Assembly (NCBI GenBank): GCA_964454135.1
Contig: CAYVQL010000009.1
Coordinates: 3,858-67,857, forward strand
Direction: 5' to 3'
Length of the DNA: 64,000 nt
Source: an uncultured Enterobacterales bacterium
GTDB lineage: Bacteria; Myxococcota_A; UBA796; JAFGLY01
The notes below the pieces were generated by a model. That model made no database searches. It saw nothing but the letters and a program-made list of their open reading frames with translations, and was not told the origin of the DNA. Made by a program: the position numbers and the translations under genes. Below, piece by piece: positions 17,002-27,138 of the stretch; position 1 is the first letter of the stretch; the number at the start of each line of letters is the position of its first letter.

Positions 17002-19860
17002 ATGCCCAGAGTCCTGCCAACCTCCTCCTTGATCTTGTCCATCACCCTCCTGCTGGTCGGCTGCGTCCGCGCCGGCCACATCGACGGCGACGGCGACGGC
17101 GTGCTCGCCGCCACGGACTGCGACGACGACAACGCCGCCATCCACCCCGGAGCCGAAGAGATCTGCGACGGCTTCGACAACGACTGCGACGATCAGATCG
17201 ACGAGCCCGACGCCGCCGACGTCTCGACCTGGTACTACGACGGCGACGGCGACGGCTTCGGCAACGAGTTCCTGACCAAGGAATCTTGCCGCCAACCCTC
17301 CGGCTACGTGGAGATCGCCGGCGACTGCGACGACGACAACGCCAGTGAGAACCCGGATCGCGTCTGGTACGAGGACGCCGACGGAGATGGTTTCGGAACC
17401 GATCTGGCGACCACCACCTCCTGCGAGCAGCCCGAGGGCTACGTCTCCGACAACATCTCGGTGGACTGCGACGACAGCGACCCCGCCTACCATCCCGGGG
17501 CGGACGAAGACGACTGCGCCGATCCCAACGACTACAACTGCGACGGCTCCGTGGGCTACGAGGACGAAGACGAAGACGGCTACGCCGCTTGCGAGGAATG
17601 CGACGACGGCGATGCCCGGATCAACCCCGGAGCGGAAGAGCGCTGCGACGGTGTGGACAACAACTGCGACGCCTACATCGACGAGGACAGCGCCGTGGAC
17701 GCCAGCACCTGGTATCTGGACTACGACGGCGACGGCTACGGCGGCGTCGCCTACTCGCTGACCCAGTGCGATCAGCCCGACAACTTCGTGCAGGGCGCCG
17801 ACGACTGCGACGACTTGAACGCAACCACCTACCCCGGCGCCGCCGAGAGCTGCGACGAGCAGGACAACGACTGCGATGGCGCCGTGGACGAGGACCCAGC
17901 CGTGGATGCCCCCACCTGGTATGCGGACGTCGACGGCGACGGCTTCGGTACGGCCGACGAGAGCCTGGACACCTGCGCGCAGCCCAGCGGCTACGTGGAC
18001 AACACCGAGGACTGCGACGACAGCCTGGCCGACACCTACCCCGAGGCGGACGAACGCTGCGACGCTGTCGACAACGACTGTGACGGAGCGATCGACGAGG
18101 ACGACGCCGTGGACGCCCCGGCCTGGTACGAGGATCTGGACCAGGACGGCTACGGCAACTCCGCCGTGGCCGCCCTGGCCTGCAGCCAGCCCAGCGGCTT
18201 CACCGAGGCCTCGGGCGACTGCGATGAGACGGACGCAGCGGTCAACCCCGACGCCGTCGAGATCTGCGATGGGCAGGACAACGACTGCAATGGGGTTGCC
18301 GACGACGACGACGCCAGCGATGCCGAGACCTGGTATCTGGACAGCGACGGTGATGGTTTCGGCGAAGCCCTCGTCACCACCACAGCCTGCGCCCAGCCCG
18401 TAGGCTACGTCGCTCAGGAGGTGGCCACCGACTGCGACGACGCCGTGGCCGAGATCAACCCCGATGCGGAGGAGATCTGCAACGACGGCCTGGACAACAA
18501 CTGCAGCGGCACAGCCGAGGCCTGCGAGCTGGGACTGGAGACCGCCGACCTGGTGCTGATGGGCTACGCAGCCGGCGACCAGGCCGGCAAGAGCCTGTCC
18601 AATATTGGCGATCTGGACGGCGATGGCTACGACACCCTGCTGGTGGCGGCCCGCTCGGCCTATGCCACGGCGGGTGCGGTCTACCTGCTGGACGGCCCCC
18701 TGAGCGCCGGTTCCTCCGTGCTGGATACCTCGCTGGCCGAGGCGGTGATCCATGGCGAGGCCATCGGCGAGTACGCCGCGGTGTCCAGCACAGACGGGGG
18801 CGACTTCGACGGTGATGGCAGCCTGGATTTCGCCGTGGGTTCCGCCGTTCCCGACTCCCAGGCCGGAAAGGTGTGGATCATGCTCTCCACTCCTGCGGGC
18901 GAGACCTCCTGGGCCGACGCCGAGGCGACCTTCAGCGGGGAGGACGGCTGGGACTGGGCTGGCGGTCCGGACGCCGTGGCCACCTTGGGCGACGTGGACG
19001 GCGACGGCAGCGACGAGCTGCTGGTCGGCGCCTACGGTGCGGATCCCAACGGCAGCGCCTCCGGAGTCGCCTACCTGATCTACGGCCCCCTGACGGCAGG
19101 GGACTACGAGCTGGCATCACTGGCGGATAGCTTCTTGGGGACGGATGTGAACGATCGGGCCGGCAACGTGGTGGCCGCTCCGGGCGATGTGAACGGCGAC
19201 GGTCTGGCGGACATCATGGTCGCCAGCCAGTACCCGGACTCCGACACGGGCCGGGTCTGGCTGCAGCACGGTCCCAGCAGCGGCGCCATCACCCTGTCGG
19301 ACGCCGACATCACGTTGACAGGAGAGGTGGCCGGCGACCGGGCCGGGACCAGCGCTCGTGGGGCTGGCGATCTGGACGGCGACGGCTACGACGACATCCT
19401 GGTGGGCGCCACCCATGACGACGATGGAGGCGTGGACGCCGGGGCCACCTACGTCCTGTTCGGTCCTGTCAGCAGCGGCGATCTCAGCGAGGCCCAGGTC
19501 AAGATCACCGGCGGCGAGACCAGCGGCCTCTTCGGCGCCGCCCTGGACGGCGGGGGCGATGTCGATGGCGATGGCAGCCTGGACCTGCTGGTGGGCGCCA
19601 GCAATGAGGGCGCCAGCGCCGAGGGCGCGGCCTACCTGTTCCTGGGGCCCATCACACCCGCCAGCGCCAGCCTGACCAGCGCCGACGCCGACGCCTCCTT
19701 CCTGGGCGGCATGACCTCCGATGCCGCGGGCAGCAGCGTGGCGCTGACCGGGGATCTGGACGGCAGCGGACTGGCCGCCGTGGCCATCGGTGCGGCCGAC
19801 GGCGACGAGGGCGGCACGGACGCTGGCTCGGTGCACCTGGTCTTCGGCATCGGCGAATGA
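17002..19860 (+). CDS. Large lipoprotein with MopE-like Cys/Asp repeats followed by FG-GAP/integrin-alpha-like repeats
   Basis: 952 aa with lipobox LLLVGC. About eight WYxDxDGDGxG...CDDxxxxxxPGAxExCDGxDNDCDG units are followed by repeated GDxDGDGxxDxLVGA motifs. Confidence 0.8.
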   Translation: MPRVLPTSSLILSITLLLVGCVRAGHIDGDGDGVLAATDCDDDNAAIHPGAEEICDGFDNDCDDQIDEPDAADVSTWYYDGDGDGFGNEFLTKESCRQPSGYVEIAGDCDDDNASENPDRVWYEDADGDGFGTDLATTTSCEQPEGYVSDNISVDCDDSDPAYHPGADEDDCADPNDYNCDGSVGYEDEDEDGYAACEECDDGDARINPGAEERCDGVDNNCDAYIDEDSAVDASTWYLDYDGDGYGGVAYSLTQCDQPDNFVQGADDCDDLNATTYPGAAESCDEQDNDCDGAVDEDPAVDAPTWYADVDGDGFGTADESLDTCAQPSGYVDNTEDCDDSLADTYPEADERCDAVDNDCDGAIDEDDAVDAPAWYEDLDQDGYGNSAVAALACSQPSGFTEASGDCDETDAAVNPDAVEICDGQDNDCNGVADDDDASDAETWYLDSDGDGFGEALVTTTACAQPVGYVAQEVATDCDDAVAEINPDAEEICNDGLDNNCSGTAEACELGLETADLVLMGYAAGDQAGKSLSNIGDLDGDGYDTLLVAARSAYATAGAVYLLDGPLSAGSSVLDTSLAEAVIHGEAIGEYAAVSSTDGGDFDGDGSLDFAVGSAVPDSQAGKVWIMLSTPAGETSWADAEATFSGEDGWDWAGGPDAVATLGDVDGDGSDELLVGAYGADPNGSASGVAYLIYGPLTAGDYELASLADSFLGTDVNDRAGNVVAAPGDVNGDGLADIMVASQYPDSDTGRVWLQHGPSSGAITLSDADITLTGEVAGDRAGTSARGAGDLDGDGYDDILVGATHDDDGGVDAGATYVLFGPVSSGDLSEAQVKITGGETSGLFGAALDGGGDVDGDGSLDLLVGASNEGASAEGAAYLFLGPITPASASLTSADADASFLGGMTSDAAGSSVALTGDLDGSGLAAVAIGAADGDEGGTDAGSVHLVFGIGE

Positions 19861-19869
19861 GCCGGGCGG

Positions 19870-19889
19870 GCGCGGGCCGCGACCCGCGC
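19870..19889. terminator. GC-rich hairpin between convergent genes (candidate bidirectional terminator)
   Basis: GCGCGGG-ccgcga-CCCGCGC is a perfect 7-bp stem. It lies in the 35-bp gap between the stops at 19860 (+) and 19896 (-). There is no clear U-tract. Confidence 0.4.
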
Positions 19890-19895
19890 TCGCTT

Positions 19896-21203
19896 CTAGC
19901 CCTCCGCCACGCAGCGCGCGTGGTTGTAGATGCGGATCACATCGCCCTGGGGGCCGAAGCCGTAGGGGTAGTCGCTGGAATCGCCGCTCTTGGGGTCGCT
20001 GCGCTGGGCACCGGCGCCGTGCGCGTCGAGTAGCTGGTAGCCACCCGAAAACGCGTCCTGCATCCAGCCCAGGGCCTGGCCGAAGGCCACGTAGGCGCCC
20101 GCCGAGCCATGCCCCTCGCTATTGGCGTGGGTGGTGGACGACCAGTGGAAGGGGTAGTCCTGCCCGCCGTCTTCGTCGGTGATTGCGCTGATCTCGAAGA
20201 CCGGGTCCAAGGCGGCGCTGTCCGTGGTCTGGGGTGAGCGCGTGTAGTCCGCGATGCTCTGAAGCTGCTTGACGTGCGGTAGGCGCCAGTCCTCGCGACC
20301 CGCGTGGGAGAGATCCTCGCAGAAGGCCAGGGCCTGCTGCCAGTTCAGGGCGCCGTCCCCGGTGTCGCCTGCGCCGAAGGCGCCGCTGTCCTGCTGCGTC
20401 CACAGCAGCCCCGTGGCATGGTCGCGCACCGTGCCATCTCCCTGGTCCTCGAAGTCGTTGACGCCGTAGTCCTGGTTGCCGCGCACGTACTGCACGAAGA
20501 AGGTCTTGTCCCCGCCCGTGCCGGGATCGGTCAGCCCGTAGCCCTTGATGCGGCCGTCGGCGAAGTTGACGCCGAAGCTGGTGGCGTCTCCGTTCATGGT
20601 GGTGGCCACGTAGTCGTCGGCGCTCAGGTACTGGGCGTCGATCATGCGCTCCCCGGCGCTCTCGTCGCCGTACTCGAAGACGAAGGCCTCGTCGTCGATG
20701 AAGGGCAGCGCGTCGTCGCAGCCCCCCAGCTCCTCGCAGCCGCTGGGATCGGTCCCGCTGAAGAGGATCAGCGAGTAGAGCTCCTTGATGCTGGGCAGGC
20801 GCCAGTCCTCGTAGCCCGCCAGCGTGCACTGCTCGGCGCCCTCCCAGCCCTCGTCGCGGCTCATCTTCTCCCCCGGATCCTGCTGCCACATCAACCCTGT
20901 GACCAGGTCGGTGACCGTGCCGTCGCCGTTGTCCTGGTAGCTGGGCTGGACGCCGTCGTACTGGGCGTCCTGGCCGTGGTAGGCCTCGCCCGAGGCGGGA
21001 CAGCTCAGGCTGGCCTGGTCGTCGTAGCAGAGGCCCTGGTCCGTGCCCACCAGGCTGTAGCCGTCTGCCAGCGCGCTGTCGTCGCCGCCCGCATTGACGG
21101 TGTCGCCGCTGTCGCAGCTGTCGGCCTGCTTGCAGCCGAACAGCGTCGGGACGAGGATGATGGTGAGCAAGCTGGAGCGTGTTCGGTGCGAAAGGGGCGG
21201 CAT
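19896..21203 (-). CDS. DUF1566 (Lcl C-terminal-like) domain lipoprotein
   Basis: Lipobox is PTLFGC with AGGAGG upstream. Two units read TGLMWQQD...WRLPSIKEL and TGLLWTQQD...WRLPHVKQL. Confidence 0.75.
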   Translation of the reverse strand: MPPLSHRTRSSLLTIILVPTLFGCKQADSCDSGDTVNAGGDDSALADGYSLVGTDQGLCYDDQASLSCPASGEAYHGQDAQYDGVQPSYQDNGDGTVTDLVTGLMWQQDPGEKMSRDEGWEGAEQCTLAGYEDWRLPSIKELYSLILFSGTDPSGCEELGGCDDALPFIDDEAFVFEYGDESAGERMIDAQYLSADDYVATTMNGDATSFGVNFADGRIKGYGLTDPGTGGDKTFFVQYVRGNQDYGVNDFEDQGDGTVRDHATGLLWTQQDSGAFGAGDTGDGALNWQQALAFCEDLSHAGREDWRLPHVKQLQSIADYTRSPQTTDSAALDPVFEISAITDEDGGQDYPFHWSSTTHANSEGHGSAGAYVAFGQALGWMQDAFSGGYQLLDAHGAGAQRSDPKSGDSSDYPYGFGPQGDVIRIYNHARCVAEG

Positions 21204-21388
21204 GGCTTCCTCCTGGCGGGACAGACACTTGACGGGGGCGTTCGGTTGACGAGCGAGCCGAGCATGGCGCGCTCATTTCCTTGAGACACGTGGGGGCAGG
21301 CCTCTGGCAGGGCCGTTCGAAAAGCGGAGATTGTCGTGACAAGAGCCCTCCCCAGGCAGGCAGGAACACGGCAGGATAAACCTCTTCC

Positions 21389-24300
21389 ATGGCCTCATCC
21401 GAAGAAAGGTCCGCACTCTCGGAGCAGGATCTGCTGCTGGCCCTGCTGGCCGTGCAGGTGGGCGCCGTGGCGCCGGACCAGCTCCTGTCCTGCCTCCAGC
21501 CACGCTCGGACCTGGGGCTGGCGCAGCGTCTCGTGGCCCGTGGCCTGCTCTCCTCCGCGCAGCGACACACCCTGGAGGCCATGAGGGACGAAGCCCTGCT
21601 GGCCAACGACGAGGATCCCGTTCGCGCGCTGGCCAGCCTGAGCGCCCAGGCCCAGGAGACCTTCGGCCTTTCGCTGCCCGGCAGCGCGGCGCAGACCGGC
21701 AGGGAGGAGACCCTTCCCTGTGCCGCGGAAGCCGAGCAGGCGCTGCAGGCCACCTCCGAGCACCCCGGCCGCTACAGCTACCGCGACCCGCAGGGCGACT
21801 GGGTCGACAAGAACGGCGCCGAGCTGGGGCGCGGTGGCATCGGCAGGGTGCTGCTGGCGCTGGACGAGCACCTGGACCGCCAGGTGGCGCTCAAGGAGCT
21901 GCTCCCGCACTACCAGGGCCCCGGTAGCAGCGGCAGCGGGGGCTCACACAGGGCCACCCTCTCCACGGTGGTGCGGCGCTTCCTGCAAGAGGCGCGCATC
22001 ACAGGCCAGCTGGAGCATCCCTCCATCGTGCCGGTCTACGAGCTGGGGCAGCGCGCCGACGGAACGCTCTACTACACCATGAAGCTCGTCAAGGGCCGCA
22101 CCCTGGCCGAGGCCTTGAAGGACTGCGCCGGCCTGCACGAGCGCCTGGCGCTGCTGGACCGCTTCGTGGACCTCTGCCAGGCCATCGCCTACGCCCACAG
22201 CCGTGGCGTGGTCCACCGCGACATCAAGCCCCAGAACGTGATGCTGGGCGAGTTCGGCGAGACGGTGGTGTTGGACTGGGGACTGGCCAAGCTGCTCGGG
22301 CAGGCGGAAGAGGAAGGTCCGACAGGCGGAGGTTCCCAATCGCTGACCGGATCCGGCAGCGGAACCGTGGCGGGCCGCGCCCTGGGCACCCCACGCTATA
22401 TGAGCCCCGAGCAGGCGGCCGGGCGGCTGGAGGAGATGGACCACCAGTCCGACGTCTGGAGCCTGGGGGTCGTGCTCTACGAGATGCTCACGGGGCAGCC
22501 TCCCTTCCGCGGCAACGACATCGTGGAGATCCTCCAACAGGTGCGGCACGGCAGCCTGACGCCCGTACGCAGCATCTGCCCCGAGGCCCCAGCCGAGCTG
22601 GCCTCGGTCTGCGACATGGCGCTACAGCGCGACCGGCGCCGGCGCTACGCCAGCGCGCGCGCGCTGCTGGAGGACGTGCGCGCCTTTCAGCTGGGCGGGC
22701 GCGTGGGGGCCTACGACTACAGCAGCTGGGAGCTGGTGCGACGCTTCGTGGCGCGCCAAGCGGTGCCCGTCAGCATCGGCACCGTGGCGCTCGTGCTGCT
22801 GCTCGTGCTGGGCGTGGTGGCCTTCGTGCGTGTGCGTGCCGAGCGCGACCAGACCCGCGAGGCCGAGAAGGTGGCGCGCCTGGGCTGGGCCGAGAGCCTG
22901 CGCGTGGGCTCCCGTTCGGCCCTGGAGGGCGGGCAATACCTGGAGGCGCGCGCCAAGATCCGTCCCTCGCTGGAGATGGAGGACGCGCTCCTCTCGCGCT
23001 TCCACTGGCTGGGCCTGCACCACTCGTCCATCCTCTGGCGCCAGGATCTGGTCACCTGGGCCTACGACGTGGCCTTCTCGCCGGACGGGCAGCAGCTGGC
23101 CGTGGCCTCGGCGGCCCGCTGCATCTACCTGTTCGACCTGCGCACCAAGGCCACGCGCGTGCTGCGCGGCTTCGACGACCAGACGTTTTCGGTCAGCTAC
23201 TCGCCCTGCGGGCGCTACCTGGCCTCCGGGACCTTTGCCGGGGCCGTCGCCGTCAGGGACCTGGAGCAAGACAGCCAACGCGCCCTGGACGGTCACGGAC
23301 AACCTGTGACGGCGCTGGCCTTCGACGCCCAGAGCGCCCGCCTGGCCACAGGCGCCATGGACGGAACCATGCTGATCCACGACCTGGCCACGGGCGAGGT
23401 CGTGGCCCGCGCCGACGAGCTGGGCGCCACGGTGGCCAGCCTGGTCTTCGAACCGGGAGGGGAGCGCCTGCTGGCCGCCAGCCCGGAGCCGAAGCTGCTG
23501 ATCTGGGATCCGCAGCAAGCGCCCGAGCTGCGCCGCTTCGCCAACCCAGACATGGAATCCGCCAGCAGCAGGGCGCTGGTCAGCCAGGACGGGCGCTGGG
23601 TGGCCTGGGGCGCCCATGACGGAAGAATCTGGACCTGGCGCGTCGATTCCGCTGAAGAGCCCCGGCTGCTGGCTACCCACCAGAAGCGGGTGGGCGCCAT
23701 GGACTTCATCCCCGGCAGCCATACTCTGGTGGCGGGCAGCGACGACGGCCTGATCCGCGCCTGGGACGTGAGCAGCGGAGCGCAGGTCTTCGAGCTGCGC
23801 GAGCACGCCTGCACCAGCCAGGAGCTGGGTATCGGGCCCCACGGCCGAAGCCTGGCCCTGACCAGCTCCGAGGCCGAGGCCCTCTTTCTGCTGAGACTGC
23901 CCGAAGGCCCGCACGCCAGCGCGCCGGACGGCGACCCGACACTAGACGATCAGCGAACCTGGAAGCTGGGCCTGGGCGCCCACCTGGAGCAGGCCTCGGG
24001 CCACGACGGCGGGCTCTACGGGCTGGTCTTCGACAGGCAGGCGGAGACGCTCTTCACAGGGGGCCTGGACGGGACCATCCGCGTCTGGGACGTGACCACG
24101 GGGGCGCAGCAGGAGGTCCGTCAGGCTCACGACAAGGGCGTCTACGGCCTCGACCTGAACCCCGACGGGACCGTGCTGGCCTCGGTCAGCTACGACCGCT
24201 CCGCCGCCGTCTGGGAAGCCCGCACCGGCGCTCGCCAGCTGCTGCTGCCGAACCATCCCCACGGCCTCTATGCCTGCAGCTTCGACCCCGGAGGGAACGT

Positions 24301-25771
24301 CCTGGCCACCGCCGGCATGGACCTGGGCCTGCACCTGTGGGACTGGCGCACAGGCCAGAAGCTGCGCACGCTGACAGGGCACGACGCCTACCTGTGGGAC
24401 GTGACCTGGCACCCAGCGGGCCAGCTGGTGGCCGCGGCGGAGCGATCCGGCGCCATCCACATCTGGGACTGGCGCTCCGGCGATCGCAAGCTGCTGCTGG
24501 AAGGCCACACCGGCCCGGCCATCGGCCTGAGCTTCGCACCCGATGGCCGCCAGCTGGCCAGCGCCGGCGTGGACGGCACGGCCCGCATCTGGGACCTGGC
24601 CAGCGGCCAGGGCCGCACCGTGGCCCAGGTGGAGGGGCGGGCCTACTGGATCAGCCTGGACCTGACGGGAACGCGCCTGGGCATCCCCACCTCGGAGGGC
24701 TTCGCCCGCATCCTGGACCTGCGGAGCGGCAGCTCCGTCGACCAGCACGGCCACGCCGGCGAGGTCAACAGCATCGCATTTTCGACCGATGGGCGCCTGG
24801 CGGCCACCGCCGGCGACGACGGAACTGTGCGTGTCTGGGACGCCCAGAGCGGAAGGCCGGCCTGGCGGGGGCCCTTCCTGCACGGATCCCTGGTCTACAC
24901 CCACCGGGGCTGGAGGGAGCTGGCAGAGGGTCGCTTCAAGGCCCATCCTGCCAGCACGCAATGGAAACGGGCCATCGAGGAGCGGGCAGCCTCGGCCGCC
25001 ATGGCGCCCGACGGGCGCCACCTCTGCCTGCAGAGCTTCGATGGGAACCTGGAGATCTGGGACGTGGCGCAGGACCAGGTCCTGCTGCGGTCGGAGCAGG
25101 CCTCCACCGAGCAGATCCTGGCGGTTGTCGGGGGCTGCGTGACCCTGGGCCAGGGCGTGGCCCAGCTGCACAGGGCGGACAGCACGGTCAAGCGCCTGGG
25201 CGACGGCGTGGGCGCCATGGCCTGGGATGGGGATCAGCTCCTGCTGGCCGAGGCGCGCCAGGTGCGCACGCTGGACAGCGCGGGCCAACCCCAGGGGAGC
25301 TTGCCCGGCATGCCAGGGGCCTGCGCACTGGCCCGGCTCGACGAGCACCTGGCCCTGGGCTTCCCCGAGGGCAGCATCGTGCTGCGGGCTCTGGAAGAGG
25401 GAGGCGACGACGTCCAGCTGAAGGAGTTGCCCTCCAGCCCCGTGGCCTTGCTGCTCGCCGGCCCGCGAAAGACCCTGGTGGCCGGCTTCGCCAACGGCGT
25501 GCTGGGCATGTGGGACAGCGGCGACGGCACTCCGCTCGAGCGCGTCAAGCTGCACGGTCGCATCGCCGGGATCCAGCTGGCGGACGACCACCTGCTGGCC
25601 CTGACCGACCTGGGGGAGCTGATCGCGGCCGACCTGAGCCCCTTGCGCATCGATCACTGCGAGCTGCTGCAGCAGGTCTGGCGCACGGTCCCGGTGGTCT
25701 GGGAGCGCGGAGAGGCGGAGCTGCGCGAGGCGCCGCAGGACCACGAGTGCGCGGTGGGAGGGGCCCGTTGA
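21389..25771 (+). CDS. Ser/Thr protein kinase with one TM segment and a very large WD40 repeat region
   Basis: Kinase motifs are LGRGGIGRV, VALKEL, HRDIKPQN, DWGLAK and GTPRYMSPEQ. The TM segment is AVPVSIGTVALVLLLVLGVVAFV. About 950 aa of repeated ...WD/...IWD WD40-like units follow. Confidence 0.9.
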   Translation: MASSEERSALSEQDLLLALLAVQVGAVAPDQLLSCLQPRSDLGLAQRLVARGLLSSAQRHTLEAMRDEALLANDEDPVRALASLSAQAQETFGLSLPGSAAQTGREETLPCAAEAEQALQATSEHPGRYSYRDPQGDWVDKNGAELGRGGIGRVLLALDEHLDRQVALKELLPHYQGPGSSGSGGSHRATLSTVVRRFLQEARITGQLEHPSIVPVYELGQRADGTLYYTMKLVKGRTLAEALKDCAGLHERLALLDRFVDLCQAIAYAHSRGVVHRDIKPQNVMLGEFGETVVLDWGLAKLLGQAEEEGPTGGGSQSLTGSGSGTVAGRALGTPRYMSPEQAAGRLEEMDHQSDVWSLGVVLYEMLTGQPPFRGNDIVEILQQVRHGSLTPVRSICPEAPAELASVCDMALQRDRRRRYASARALLEDVRAFQLGGRVGAYDYSSWELVRRFVARQAVPVSIGTVALVLLLVLGVVAFVRVRAERDQTREAEKVARLGWAESLRVGSRSALEGGQYLEARAKIRPSLEMEDALLSRFHWLGLHHSSILWRQDLVTWAYDVAFSPDGQQLAVASAARCIYLFDLRTKATRVLRGFDDQTFSVSYSPCGRYLASGTFAGAVAVRDLEQDSQRALDGHGQPVTALAFDAQSARLATGAMDGTMLIHDLATGEVVARADELGATVASLVFEPGGERLLAASPEPKLLIWDPQQAPELRRFANPDMESASSRALVSQDGRWVAWGAHDGRIWTWRVDSAEEPRLLATHQKRVGAMDFIPGSHTLVAGSDDGLIRAWDVSSGAQVFELREHACTSQELGIGPHGRSLALTSSEAEALFLLRLPEGPHASAPDGDPTLDDQRTWKLGLGAHLEQASGHDGGLYGLVFDRQAETLFTGGLDGTIRVWDVTTGAQQEVRQAHDKGVYGLDLNPDGTVLASVSYDRSAAVWEARTGARQLLLPNHPHGLYACSFDPGGNVLATAGMDLGLHLWDWRTGQKLRTLTGHDAYLWDVTWHPAGQLVAAAERSGAIHIWDWRSGDRKLLLEGHTGPAIGLSFAPDGRQLASAGVDGTARIWDLASGQGRTVAQVEGRAYWISLDLTGTRLGIPTSEGFARILDLRSGSSVDQHGHAGEVNSIAFSTDGRLAATAGDDGTVRVWDAQSGRPAWRGPFLHGSLVYTHRGWRELAEGRFKAHPASTQWKRAIEERAASAAMAPDGRHLCLQSFDGNLEIWDVAQDQVLLRSEQASTEQILAVVGGCVTLGQGVAQLHRADSTVKRLGDGVGAMAWDGDQLLLAEARQVRTLDSAGQPQGSLPGMPGACALARLDEHLALGFPEGSIVLRALEEGGDDVQLKELPSSPVALLLAGPRKTLVAGFANGVLGMWDSGDGTPLERVKLHGRIAGIQLADDHLLALTDLGELIAADLSPLRIDHCELLQQVWRTVPVVWERGEAELREAPQDHECAVGGAR

Positions 25772-25791
25772 AACGCGGTACGTCCTGACCC

Positions 25792-27102
25792 CTACTTCGC
25801 CACCTCCTCCACCGCCGCCTCCACCAGCCCCGCGAAGTCGCGCAAGCCCTCCGCGGGCAGGTTGCCCGAGCCGCAGGCGTGCAGGGTCAAGCTGCCGCGG
25901 AAGCCGCTGGCGATCACCAGGGGCAGCGGCATGCCGTGTACGAAGGGCCCCACCACCGAGGCGCGTCGCAGCGTGTCGCCCCAGGGCTCCAGGTAGGCGT
26001 CCATGGCGCCCAGGTTGGTGAAGCCGAAGGAGCGGTCCAGGTAGCCGATGATGGTCTCGATGGCGCGCCGTCCGAAGAAGCGCACCAGCCCATGCGGCAT
26101 CCAGCCGAAGCTGATGCTGGGCAGCAGCTGGTAGGCCAGGCCCGGCAAGCGGCGCTTCTGGCCGCCGATGGCGTCCCGCACGGCCTGCAGGGTGGTCAGG
26201 GGCTCGGCCAGGGCGCGGCGGGGCAGCACCACCATGGACACCCCCGCGAAGTTGCTGACCAGGGAGAGATCCTGCGGCAGGTAGCGCCGGCCGTCGATGG
26301 TGTAAGCGGCCGCCACCGGTCCGCGCTGCGAGGTGGCGCCGCTGACCCGTAGCATGCTGGCCACCAGGCCGTCGTTGATGGTGGCGCCCTGCTGGCGGCA
26401 GCAGGCGTGGAAGCGGCCGGCCCGCTGGCTGTCCAGGTGGACCGTGGTCCAGTGGGGCGCGGCCTGGGCCGTGGGATCCGGGGGGGCCAGGCTGCGCCGC
26501 TGCACGCGCAGCAGGGACCAGGGCTGCAGGCCCTCGCGCAGCAGCTCCAGGGCCAGCACGGGCAGGTCGCCCAGCCGCAGCCCGCGCACCATCTGCAGGT
26601 GGTTGCGCACATCGCCCACGGGCGCTCGCGGGGCCTCGCCAGCCATGTGGGCGCCCAGCATGTTGCACAGGGTCAGGATCCCGGCCCCATCGGCCACCAT
26701 ATGGTCCACCGAGAGGACCAGCCGGGCGCCCCCGGCGTGACGCAGCTGACAGATGCGCCAGGGCGGCTCGCGCAGGTGGCGGAAGCGCGGCTGGGCCAGG
26801 GCCTTGGTGGCTTCGTCCAGTGCAGCCGGATCCTCCAGCTCCCGCTCCTGGACCAGCGTGGCCGGGTCGCCTGACCAGGGCAGCCAGCGATCCCGCCACC
26901 AACCGGGCAGGTAGATGCTCCCCATCACGGGAAAGTCGGCGATCACCGCGCGAACCGCCCGCTCCAGATCCTCCCTGGCGCAGGGATGTTCCAGGTCCAG
27001 CAGGGCGTGCAGGTGCGCGTGGGGATGGCGCGGCTCGAGGGCGTGCACCACCGCCTCCACCATGGTGCCGGGCAGTCGCGCATGGGGGATTGGGGGGGAC
27101 AT
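25792..27102 (-). CDS. Condensation-domain/acyltransferase-like protein (HxxxDG motif)
   Basis: I prefer ATG 27102 (MSPPIP...) to the TTG at 27120. SVDHMVADGAG matches the (H)HxxxDG catalytic motif of condensation and wax-synthase type acyltransferases. Confidence 0.6.
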   Translation of the reverse strand: MSPPIPHARLPGTMVEAVVHALEPRHPHAHLHALLDLEHPCAREDLERAVRAVIADFPVMGSIYLPGWWRDRWLPWSGDPATLVQERELEDPAALDEATKALAQPRFRHLREPPWRICQLRHAGGARLVLSVDHMVADGAGILTLCNMLGAHMAGEAPRAPVGDVRNHLQMVRGLRLGDLPVLALELLREGLQPWSLLRVQRRSLAPPDPTAQAAPHWTTVHLDSQRAGRFHACCRQQGATINDGLVASMLRVSGATSQRGPVAAAYTIDGRRYLPQDLSLVSNFAGVSMVVLPRRALAEPLTTLQAVRDAIGGQKRRLPGLAYQLLPSISFGWMPHGLVRFFGRRAIETIIGYLDRSFGFTNLGAMDAYLEPWGDTLRRASVVGPFVHGMPLPLVIASGFRGSLTLHACGSGNLPAEGLRDFAGLVEAAVEEVAK

Positions 27103-27138
27103 GGCACGACCATACTCCAAACCAGGCGCCGGCCGAAG

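Noticed and set aside
16924-18753. 609-aa minus-strand ORF
   Set aside because: It is antisense to the MopE/FG-GAP lipoprotein gene. The translation is V/A/G-rich repeats that mirror the sense-strand Asp/Cys repeats.
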